Part shown: positions 8,456 through 16,370 of the stretch, piece by piece
How the letters are laid out: every line of letters starts with the position of its first letter
Position numbering within the stretch: the stretch's first letter is position 1
From: Myxococcaceae bacterium
Lineage (GTDB): Bacteria > Myxococcota > Myxococcia > Myxococcales > Myxococcaceae
Assembly (NCBI GenBank): GCA_044352295.1
Contig: JBILEB010000006.1
Span: 34,908 to 98,907 of the forward strand
DNA: 64,000 nt
Direction: 5' to 3'
Notes under the pieces: generated by a model
Database searches by the model: none
What the model was told of the DNA's origin: nothing
What the model saw: the letters and a program-made list of their open reading frames with translations, nothing else
Made by a program: the position numbers and the translations under genes

Positions 8456-10015
8456 GTGCTGAACACGCCTACCTTTACGCTCGCCGAGTTCATGACGGTG
8501 GTGCCCGCGGCGGTGCTCGTCGTCGGCGCCATCATCCTCATGCTGTCCGAGGTGTTCCTCTCGACGGCGAACCGCACCTACATGGCGGTGGTGGGGCTCA
8601 TCGCCTCGGCCATCGCGGGCCTCTTCGCGCTGCAGAACGCGTTCGAGCCGGCGCGGCTGGTGCTCCAGGGCTTCGCGGTGCTCGACCCGTTCTCGAGCTT
8701 CATGACGGTGATGGTGTGCCTGGGCACGGGCCTCGCCTGTCTTCTGGCCTCGGGTTTCCTCAAGCACCGCAACGCCGAGCGGGGGGAGTTCTACGCGCTG
8801 ATGCTCTTCGCGGCGGCGGGCATGAGCCTGCTCGCGGCCTCGAACGAGTTCATCACCCTCTTCATCAACCTCGAGGTGCTCTCGGTCGCCACCTACGCGC
8901 TCACGGCGTTCCTTCGTCGCGGCCCGCGACCGGCCGAGGCGGGCTTCAAGTACTTCATCCTCGGGGCCTTCGCCGCGGCCCTGCTGCTGTACGGCGCGGC
9001 GTTGCTCTACGGCGCCACCGGCACCACGCGGCTGTCGGACCTCGCGACGTTGCTCCCCGGGGCGATGGCCACGAAGTCGGGCCTCGTCTACGCCGGCTTC
9101 GGGCTGGTGCTCGCCGGGTTCGCCTTCAAGGTGGCCGCGGTGCCGTTCCACATGTGGACGCCCGATGTGTACGAGGGCGCCCCCACCCCCGTCACCGCGC
9201 TGATGAGCGTCGGCGTGAAGGCCGCGGCCTTCGTGGCCCTGGTGCGGACCTTCCTCGCGCTCGTTCACGGGCTCGACCCGCAGGTGCCGTTCGCGCTGTT
9301 CTCGCTGCTGGCGCTGCTGACGATGGTGGCCGGCAACCTGCTCGCGATGCCCCAGCGGAACGTCAAGCGCATGCTGGCGTACTCCTCCATCGCGCACGCG
9401 GGCTACCTGCTGTTGGGCGTGACCGCCCTCTTCGTGCCGCCGTCTGCGAAGGCCGGTGACGTGGGTGGGGTGTTGTCGGCGACGCCGCTGCTGGCCGCGG
9501 GCGCGGTCAACGCGAGCGTCTACAAGGGCGTGCTGTTCTACCTGCTTGGCTACACCGTCACCTCCATCGGCGCGTTCGGCACGCTGGCGGCCATCGAGCG
9601 CCGGGAAGACGAGACGCGCGGCAACACGTGGGATCTCGAGCGGCTCTCAGGCCTCGCGCAGCGTCAACCCGGCTGGGCCGCGGCCATGGCGGCCTTCATG
9701 CTGTCACTCGCTGGAGTCCCGCCGACGGTGGGCTTCCTCGGCAAGCTCTTCATCTTCAGCGCAGCGGTCGACGCGGGCCTCATCTGGCTGGCGGTCGTCG
9801 GCATCCTCTCGAGCGTCGCGGGCACCTACTATTACCTGCGCGTCGTCGTTTACATGTTCATGCGCCCGTCGCCGGCCGACGCGCCCGCGCCGTTCCGGCA
9901 CTGGACGACCGAGGTGGCGCTCGTCACCTCGGCCGTCGCGACCGTCGCGCTGGGCATCGTCCCAGGCCCGATTGCGGAGTGGCTCTCGCGCGCCGGGATG
10001 GTCTTCGGGAACTGA
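8456..10015 (+). CDS. nuoN: NADH-quinone oxidoreductase subunit N
   Basis: FHMWTPDVYEGAPTPVTALMSVGVKAAAF motif, polytopic membrane profile, GTG start. Confidence 0.9.
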   Translation: MLNTPTFTLAEFMTVVPAAVLVVGAIILMLSEVFLSTANRTYMAVVGLIASAIAGLFALQNAFEPARLVLQGFAVLDPFSSFMTVMVCLGTGLACLLASGFLKHRNAERGEFYALMLFAAAGMSLLAASNEFITLFINLEVLSVATYALTAFLRRGPRPAEAGFKYFILGAFAAALLLYGAALLYGATGTTRLSDLATLLPGAMATKSGLVYAGFGLVLAGFAFKVAAVPFHMWTPDVYEGAPTPVTALMSVGVKAAAFVALVRTFLALVHGLDPQVPFALFSLLALLTMVAGNLLAMPQRNVKRMLAYSSIAHAGYLLLGVTALFVPPSAKAGDVGGVLSATPLLAAGAVNASVYKGVLFYLLGYTVTSIGAFGTLAAIERREDETRGNTWDLERLSGLAQRQPGWAAAMAAFMLSLAGVPPTVGFLGKLFIFSAAVDAGLIWLAVVGILSSVAGTYYYLRVVVYMFMRPSPADAPAPFRHWTTEVALVTSAVATVALGIVPGPIAEWLSRAGMVFGN

Positions 10016-10071
10016 CGGCTGGTCGACGCCGCTCGGTCGAGGCGACGGAGAGGTCAGCCCCGGCGGCCGAG

Positions 10072-10641
10072 TCAGAAGAACGCCGAGGCGGCCAGGGCGC
10101 CGCCGACCGAGAAGCCCTGCTGCCCACGCAGCGTCGTGAACCACTCGCCGATGCCGCGAAGCTGGAGCGAGACGGACGGCGCCACGAAGACCTCTATCCC
10201 CGCTCCCACCCCTGGCCCCACCATCAACGTGTCACCCACGGTGCCGGCCCGGACCAGACACAAGCCACCCAGATGCAAGGATACGAACGGTCGAACCGCG
10301 TCCTCGAGGAACACGTACCGAGCGCTGACCTGCGCGCCCACCGCCACGATGAGGCCGGCTCCATCTGACGTCGCGGCGCCCGCTCGAACGTGCCCCAACG
10401 CGACGGGCACGCGAAGGACCAGCTCGACGCCCTCGAGCAGGTACACCGAGCCTTCGAGCCACATCGGGACGATGACGTCCGGAATCATGGGCGTGGAGCC
10501 AAAGACGCGCATGGCGCCCACCGCCAGGCCCAGGCTTCGGTTCGCGAAGCTGGGCGCGACAGGGCTGGACTCGGCGGTGGCCAGCTGGGGGTGAAGGAGA
10601 ACGACGGAGAGGACGAGTGACCGCGCTACAGCGACTGGCAT
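10072..10641 (-). CDS. small putative outer-membrane beta-barrel protein (189 aa)
   Basis: Only the C-terminal 189 codons of track ORF 10072..11553 look genuine. ATG at rc 10639-10641 gives MPVAVARSLVLSVVLLHPQLATA (signal peptide). Alternating hydrophobic beta-strand pattern, C-terminal aromatic ...ASAFF. Confidence 0.55.
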   Translation of the reverse strand: MPVAVARSLVLSVVLLHPQLATAESSPVAPSFANRSLGLAVGAMRVFGSTPMIPDVIVPMWLEGSVYLLEGVELVLRVPVALGHVRAGAATSDGAGLIVAVGAQVSARYVFLEDAVRPFVSLHLGGLCLVRAGTVGDTLMVGPGVGAGIEVFVAPSVSLQLRGIGEWFTTLRGQQGFSVGGALAASAFF

Positions 10642-10905
10642 GTGAGGCTCCTGGGCCCTCCACAGGAGGCGGGCGACCAGGCGCACTGACACGACGGACG
10701 TTCGACCACGGCGCGCGACTCGATGACGGCCAGGGGCGGCTTCGCGGGCGAGGAACCCTGACGCCGAGGCGCCAGGGCTGCCAGCGAGACCTCCAGGACC
10801 GGAACGAGCCGCATGAAGCAGGTATCGGGCCTGCGTCGGCCGAAGTTGCTCACCGCGACGCCTACTCTCCGTGACCTCGACGACGCGTTGACCTATGGCG
10901 CCCGC

Positions 10906-12531
10906 ATGATTCGGCTCGACTCCATCGGCGCGCAGCACGGCCGTCAGATTCTCTTCATCGGCGCCTCGGCGGCCCTGCACAAGGGCGAGAAGGTCGGCCT
11001 GGTGGGGCCCAACGGCTCCGGCAAGTCGACGCTGTTCCGCTACATCATGAAGGAGGAGACGCCGGACGAAGGGTCGGTCAGCATCGATCGCGGCGTCTCC
11101 ATCGGGTACTTCCGGCAGGACGTCGGCGAGATGAGCGGCCGGCCGGTCATCGAAGAGACGATGGACGGCGCGGGCAACGTCTCGGAGGTCGCTCGCGAGC
11201 TCAAGCAGCTCGAGCACGACATGGCCGACCCGGCCAAGGGCGACCAGCTCGACGACCTCGTCACGCGCTTCGGTGAAGTGCAGGCGCGCTTCGACGAGCT
11301 CGGCGGGTACGCGCTCGAGGGCCGTGCTCGTGAGATCCTCGCGGGCCTCGGCTTTCGGCCGTCGATGATCGACGGGGACGTGGGCGCGCTCTCGGGCGGG
11401 TGGAAGATGCGGGTGGCGTTGGCCCGAATCCTCCTGATGAAGCCGGACGCGATGCTGCTCGACGAGCCGTCGAACCACCTCGATCTCGAGTCGCTCATCT
11501 GGCTCGAGCAGTTCTTGAAGCAGTACGACGGCGCGCTCCTGATGACCTCGCATGACCGCGAGTTCCTCAACCGCGTGTGCACGCGCATCCTCGAGATCGA
11601 CGGCGGCGAGCTCACCTCGTACTCGGGCGACTACGAGTTCTACGTGCAGCAGAAGTCGATCGCCGAGGCGCAGCAGCAGGCCACCTTCGAGCGACAGCAG
11701 GCCATGCTCAAGAAGGAGCTCGCCTTCATCGAACGCTTCAAGGCGCGCGCCTCACACGCGGCCCAGGTGCAGTCCCGGGTGAAGAAGCTCGAGAAGATCG
11801 AACGCGTCGAGCCGCCGCGCCGGGTCGAGAAGGTGCGCTTCGACTTCAAGCCGCCGCCGCGCAGTGGCGAAGACGTGGTGAAGCTGGCCGGTGTGTCGAA
11901 GGCCTACGGCGATCTCGTCGTGTACAAGAGCTTCGACTTCTTGCTCCGTCGCCGCGAGCGCTGGTGCGTGTTGGGCGTCAACGGCGCCGGCAAGTCGACG
12001 CTCCTCAAGATGGTGGCGGCGCATGGCCAACCCGACACCGGCGTCGTCACGCTCGGGGCCAGCATCAAGCTCGGCTACTTCGCCCAGCACGCGATGGACG
12101 TGCTCGATGGCCAGAAGACGGTCTGGCAGACGCTCGTGGACGCCTTCCCACGCTCGAGCGAAGGCACGCTGCGCACGCTGGCGGGGTGTTTCGGCTTCCC
12201 GGGCGACGAGACGGAGAAGGTGGTGCGGGTGCTCTCGGGCGGCGAGAAGGCCCGGCTGGTGCTCGCGCTCATGCTGTTCGACCCGCCGAACTTCCTCGTG
12301 CTGGACGAGCCGACGAACCACCTCGATCTCGCGACGAAGGAGATGATGATCGACGCGCTCAAGGGCTTCGAGGGCAGCCTGCTGGTGGTGTCGCACGACC
12401 GGCACTTCCTCGCGGAGCTGACCAACCGGGTGCTGGAGTTGACGCCGAAGGGGCCCCAGACGTTCGGCGGCGGCTACACCGAGTACGTGAAGTCGACCGG
12501 TCGCGAGGCGCCCGGCCTTCACGAGGCCTAG
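10906..12531 (+). CDS. ABC-F family ATPase (translation-associated type, two ABC cassettes, no TM domain)
   Basis: Two Walker A sites (GLVGPNGSGKST, VLGVNGAGKST), two signatures (LSGGWKMR, LSGGEKAR), charged inter-domain linker. ATG at 10906 (MIRLDSIGAQHG). Confidence 0.9.
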   Translation: MIRLDSIGAQHGRQILFIGASAALHKGEKVGLVGPNGSGKSTLFRYIMKEETPDEGSVSIDRGVSIGYFRQDVGEMSGRPVIEETMDGAGNVSEVARELKQLEHDMADPAKGDQLDDLVTRFGEVQARFDELGGYALEGRAREILAGLGFRPSMIDGDVGALSGGWKMRVALARILLMKPDAMLLDEPSNHLDLESLIWLEQFLKQYDGALLMTSHDREFLNRVCTRILEIDGGELTSYSGDYEFYVQQKSIAEAQQQATFERQQAMLKKELAFIERFKARASHAAQVQSRVKKLEKIERVEPPRRVEKVRFDFKPPPRSGEDVVKLAGVSKAYGDLVVYKSFDFLLRRRERWCVLGVNGAGKSTLLKMVAAHGQPDTGVVTLGASIKLGYFAQHAMDVLDGQKTVWQTLVDAFPRSSEGTLRTLAGCFGFPGDETEKVVRVLSGGEKARLVLALMLFDPPNFLVLDEPTNHLDLATKEMMIDALKGFEGSLLVVSHDRHFLAELTNRVLELTPKGPQTFGGGYTEYVKSTGREAPGLHEA

Positions 12532-12536
12532 ACCCG

Positions 12537-12794
12537 GTGGAGATCGCGCGCGCGCTGTCGACGCACCCGAAGCTGCGCGAGGTGGCGGTCGTCGGCGTTC
12601 CGGACCCGAAGTGGGGCGAAGCCGGGCGGGCGTTCGTCGCACCCGTCGCTGGAGAGACCGTCAGCGAGGCCGAGGGGCTCTCGTTCCTCGAGGGGAAGCT
12701 GGCCCGCTACAAGCTCCCGAAGTCGGTGGTCGTTCGCGTCGAGCTGCCCAAGAGCGACTCAGGAAAGATCCTCAAGCGCGCGCTCGAGGAGTGA
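12537..12794 (+). pseudogene. orphan C-terminal fragment of an AMP-dependent synthetase/ligase (AMP-binding_C domain only)
   Basis: VEIARALSTHPKLREVAVVGVPDPKWGEAGRAFVAPVAGETVSEAEGLSFLEGKLARYKLPKSVVVRVELPKSDSGKILKRALEE is the canonical last ~85 aa of acyl-CoA synthetases. Nothing upstream encodes the ~450-aa adenylation core. It begins 6 nt after the ABC-F stop. Confidence 0.6.
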
Positions 12795-12797
12795 CCG

Positions 12798-13853
12798 ATG
12801 CCCCTCTCCCTCCTCCTCACGCTCAGCCTCGGGCAGACCGTCGACGTCGAGGTGGCGACGCGCTTTGCCCGCCTCGCGCTCGCCTGCGTCCACAAGGAGT
12901 ACCCGAACAAGGTGGCGCACGTGCTGTCAGGCCCGACGGACGCGAAGGTGCCCTCGAAGCTCACGCCGGCGTTCTACGGCTGCTACGACTGGCACTCCTC
13001 CGTGCACGGGCACTGGCTCCTCGCGCGTCTGGCCCGCACGTTCCCCGACGCGCCGTTCGCGGCCGAGGCCAGGAAGGCGCTCGAGAAGAGCCTGACGGCG
13101 AAGAACCTCGCCGCTGAGGTCGCGTACGTCGAAGGCCCGGGCCGGGTGAGCTTCGAACGACCGTACGGGCTCGCGTGGCTGCTCCAGCTTGGCCTCGAGT
13201 TGCGGGAGTGGGACAGCCTCGAGGCGCGCCGATGGGCGAAGGCGCTCGCGCCGCTCGAGGCCGTGGCGGTGAAGCGGCTCCTGTCGTGGTTGCCGAAGCT
13301 GTCCCGACCGATTCGGGTAGGAGAGCACGATCAGACGGCGTTCGCGTTCGGCCTCGCGCTGGACTGGGCCCGGGGTGCGCACCACGTGGAGCTCGAGGCG
13401 TTGCTGACCGCTCGCGCCGAAGCGTTCTACCTCGCCGACGTCGGCTGCCCGCTCACCTGGGAGCCGGGTGGCCAGGACTTCCTCTCGCCGTGCCTCGCGG
13501 AAGCCGATCTCATGCGCCGGCTCTTGCCAAAGCCGCGCTTTGGGGCGTGGCTGTCGACGTTCCTCCCGACGATTCCAACCACGAACGTCCCATGGCTCGA
13601 GCCGGAGCGCGTGACGGACCGCGCCGATCCCAAGCTCGCGCACCTCGATGGGCTCAACCTCTCGCGCGCGTGGATGCTCGAGGGCCTTCGGGCAGGCCTC
13701 CCCGATGGTGACGCACGAGAGCCCGCGCTGGACGCCGCGGCCCAGAAGCACCGCACCGCCGGCCTCGAGGCGGTCACCGGTGAGCACTACGAGGGTGGCC
13801 ACTGGCTGGGCAGCTTCGCGACCTATCTGGTCACGAAACGCGGCCTGCGCTGA
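12798..13853 (+). CDS. DUF2891 family protein
   Basis: HKEYPNKVAHVL, FYGCYDWHSSVHGHWLL and FERPYGLAWLLQL motifs match my recollection of the DUF2891 family. Confidence 0.7.
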   Translation: MPLSLLLTLSLGQTVDVEVATRFARLALACVHKEYPNKVAHVLSGPTDAKVPSKLTPAFYGCYDWHSSVHGHWLLARLARTFPDAPFAAEARKALEKSLTAKNLAAEVAYVEGPGRVSFERPYGLAWLLQLGLELREWDSLEARRWAKALAPLEAVAVKRLLSWLPKLSRPIRVGEHDQTAFAFGLALDWARGAHHVELEALLTARAEAFYLADVGCPLTWEPGGQDFLSPCLAEADLMRRLLPKPRFGAWLSTFLPTIPTTNVPWLEPERVTDRADPKLAHLDGLNLSRAWMLEGLRAGLPDGDAREPALDAAAQKHRTAGLEAVTGEHYEGGHWLGSFATYLVTKRGLR

Positions 13854-15252
13854 GCGCTTCACGCTCTGCGAAACGCTGGCGGAGGCGCGCCCCAATCGGG
13901 TTGCCATCGAGCACGAGCGTCGTCACCCGCCCGAGGTTCGGTGACTGCAACAACGCCTCGCCGCCGGTGACGCCGATGCCGTTCCCGTTCAGCCAGAGCC
14001 GCTCCACCGACGCGAGGCCCGCGGACTGGGCCAATGCCGCGGCACCATCCGATCCGATTCGGTTCTGACCCAATGACAAGCGCTTGAGCTTTCGGAAGCG
14101 CACGTCTGCGAGCTCGGCGGCGCCATCAGGGCCCAGCTCGTTGCCATCGAGGGCGAGCCGTTCCAGGCCCGTGAACCAGCGGGTGCGAGCGAGCGCGCGC
14201 AGGCCTTCGGCGGAGACGTGATCTCGCGTGAGGGCGAGCTCGACCAGGGACGGGAAGGCGTGGGGCCCCTCGCGCGCCACCAGCGCCGCGCCATCGTCTC
14301 CGAGCGACTGCCCGTGAAAGCCGAGGCTCGTGAGGTTGCGCAGCCGGCGAGTCCCCAGGAGCGTCGCCAGCCCTTCGAGCGTCAACGCCGGCCGTACGTC
14401 ATTCGCGGCGGTGAACTCGAGCGCGCGCAGACGGGACAACCATGGGAGCGTCAACACCCTCGCCACGTCGAGCCGATTGCGGGTGGTGAAGACGAGCTGC
14501 CGCACCGGCTCCTGGCGCAAGGTGTCGTCGGTCTCGAACAACGTCGACACGTCCAGCACCGTGAGCGCGTCGATGAAGCCGCGAGCGAAGGACACCGTGA
14601 CCGCGTTGGTCGACAGCGTGCCCAGCCACCGCGGCCCGTGCTGCGAGAGCAGACTCACCTCGCGCGCCTGCAACTCGAGGCGGCGGGGCTCCTGGAGATC
14701 GACCCGCGCGAGCTCCATCTGCACGGCGATGAACTCACCCCGGGGATCGCCGCGCTCCTGGAGCACGTCGGCGTACACCTGTCTCGGCTCGTCGGACTCC
14801 GGCGACTCGAGCACCGCCTCGAGGAGCTGAGTGGGATCGTCGTCGCGACGCCGCGCGAAGTGTCTCGACACCAGCCGTCGATCATCCCGGGCGCGACGGG
14901 CCCAGGCTTCACACCGCACGACATTCGCCATGGGGGTCCACGCGTCCCACCCGTCGAGATCGACGAAGGCCCGCGCAGGCGTCACCCCGTGCGTGCGTGA
15001 CGGAGCGAGGCCCACCACCACCCCCTCTGGCGTCGCCACGCACAGCGCGAGCGTCGTCCACTGGCGCGCGTCCTCCACGTCCCCACCATGCACGACGGCG
15101 TAGCCTTCAGGCGCGTCGAGCGCCGCCTCCGCGGTCGCCTGGACCGCTGCACCTGCCAGCCGTCGCGCCGTGCGACGCCCATTCGCGGCCTCGAGGCGGG
15201 TGGCGAGCCAGGTCTGAAGCTCGGGCGTCCATTCCAGCCGCGACTCGGCCAC
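13831..15252 (-). CDS. TIGR02996-domain / leucine-rich-repeat (RNase-inhibitor-like LRR) protein
   Basis: PRQVYADVLQERGDPRGEFIAVQMELAR is the TIGR02996 repeat-companion signature. The C-terminal half has repeated L..L.L..N.IG..GA.AL units. GTG start 3 nt after the upstream gene's stop. Confidence 0.8.
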   Translation of the reverse strand: MAESRLEWTPELQTWLATRLEAANGRRTARRLAGAAVQATAEAALDAPEGYAVVHGGDVEDARQWTTLALCVATPEGVVVGLAPSRTHGVTPARAFVDLDGWDAWTPMANVVRCEAWARRARDDRRLVSRHFARRRDDDPTQLLEAVLESPESDEPRQVYADVLQERGDPRGEFIAVQMELARVDLQEPRRLELQAREVSLLSQHGPRWLGTLSTNAVTVSFARGFIDALTVLDVSTLFETDDTLRQEPVRQLVFTTRNRLDVARVLTLPWLSRLRALEFTAANDVRPALTLEGLATLLGTRRLRNLTSLGFHGQSLGDDGAALVAREGPHAFPSLVELALTRDHVSAEGLRALARTRWFTGLERLALDGNELGPDGAAELADVRFRKLKRLSLGQNRIGSDGAAALAQSAGLASVERLWLNGNGIGVTGGEALLQSPNLGRVTTLVLDGNPIGARLRQRFAEREALSAGRVS

Positions 15253-15255
15253 GCA

Positions 15256-15765
15256 TTACCCCACGCGGGCTGCGACGACGCCCGCCGCGAGCACCAGGGC
15301 CAGCAACGCGCCCACGCCGACCGAGAAGTACGCCCGCGCCAGCCCATTCGCTCCCGGCGAGGCCTTCACACGACGCACGGCAAGCAACCCGAGCCCGATG
15401 GGTGGAAGGACGCCAAGAGCCAGGCTCACCAGAACGGCTCCCAGCTTGAAGGTGAAGGTCGGTTTTGGCTGCGAGACAAGCACCGCGGCTCCGAGCGTGA
15501 GCGGGCCGCCGAACATCACGAGCGTCGCCAGGGCCAGGTACCCCACCGCCATCGCCGTCGGATCCACCTTCACAGGGATGAAGACGCCCAGGGCATCGTC
15601 CGAGCCACCGTGGCGCATTTTGAAGACCAGGAGCGCGGCGGACCAGGTGGCGCCTCCATCGGTGGAGACGGCTGTCGTGGGAGGCAGCGACTTGTCCAGC
15701 ACGGCGCGCTTGAAGCGCTCGTCGTCCCAGTCGGCGTCTCCGGTTGGTAATCGGACTCGAATCAC
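15256..15765 (-). CDS. hypothetical membrane protein
   Basis: Soluble N-terminal part followed by 3-4 hydrophobic helices (AVGYLALATLVMFGG.., GAVLVSLALGVLPPIGLGLLAV.., VGVGALLALVLAAGVVAA). GTG start uncertain. Apparently co-transcribed with the LRR gene. Confidence 0.55.
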   Translation of the reverse strand: MIRVRLPTGDADWDDERFKRAVLDKSLPPTTAVSTDGGATWSAALLVFKMRHGGSDDALGVFIPVKVDPTAMAVGYLALATLVMFGGPLTLGAAVLVSQPKPTFTFKLGAVLVSLALGVLPPIGLGLLAVRRVKASPGANGLARAYFSVGVGALLALVLAAGVVAARVG

Positions 15766-15826
15766 GGGGAGGACATAGCCCAGGTCAGGTCAGCCCCCAG
15801 CCTTGTCGCAAGGGCGCCGCTGGCCC

Positions 15827-16366
15827 ATGCTGGCGAGCCACATGTCTTCATCCGATCGGCCAGACGCGGAGCCCGTCGAAGACCCGGAGCGCCTCGTCGC
15901 CCTCGCCGAATCGAGCGACCCGATCGAGTTGGCCGGGTGGCGCAGCCTGTTGGAGGGCGCGGGGATCGCCTACGTCGTGCAGGGCGCGCACCACGCGTCC
16001 TTGCTCGCCGGTCCGCTGGGCAACCCCGCCATCGTTCCGCGGATCCTCGTGGCGGAAGCGGATCGCGACCACGCCGCGAGCCTCCTCGGCGCCACCCCAG
16101 TCGCGGAAGACCCGACCGGGACGAGCGAAGGCGTCTGTCCCGTGCACGAGCAGCCCGCCCTCGGCACCTGTGATCGGTGTGGGACCTTCGTCTGCGCGCG
16201 GTGCGCGGTCTCGACGAAGCCCCCGGTGTGCGAGAGCTGCGGGAGCCTCGAAGAGCGCGCGCTCGAAGATCGCCGTGAGCGCGGCCGTCAATTCAAGCGC
16301 CGCGTCATCATCGGAATGCTCGTGCTCGTCGGACTGTCCCTCGCCGCGACGATGCTGGACTTCTGA
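15827..16366 (+). CDS. DUF2007-like domain protein with Cys-rich zinc-ribbon and C-terminal TM anchor
   Basis: ELAGWRSLLEGAGIAYVVQG...VPRILVAEADRDHAASLL resembles DUF2007. This is followed by CPVH..CDRCGTFVCARC..CESC and the TM helix VIIGMLVLVGLSLAATML. Start is ATG 15827, or 15842 or TTG 15803. Confidence 0.6.
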   Translation: MLASHMSSSDRPDAEPVEDPERLVALAESSDPIELAGWRSLLEGAGIAYVVQGAHHASLLAGPLGNPAIVPRILVAEADRDHAASLLGATPVAEDPTGTSEGVCPVHEQPALGTCDRCGTFVCARCAVSTKPPVCESCGSLEERALEDRRERGRQFKRRVIIGMLVLVGLSLAATMLDF

Positions 16367-16370
16367 GGGC

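Noticed and set aside
6641-9397. 918-aa ORF on the minus strand across nuoM/nuoN
   Set aside because: It is antisense to two well-supported nuo genes. The translation is dominated by Arg/His/Glu/Gly with no hydrophobic core or motif. This is a typical shadow ORF of GC-rich coding DNA.
10642-11553. N-terminal 304 codons of track ORF 10072..11553
   Set aside because: This part overlaps the ABC-F gene on the opposite strand and is Arg/Glu/His-rich. Only the last 189 codons, from ATG at 10641, show a signal peptide and barrel-like pattern.
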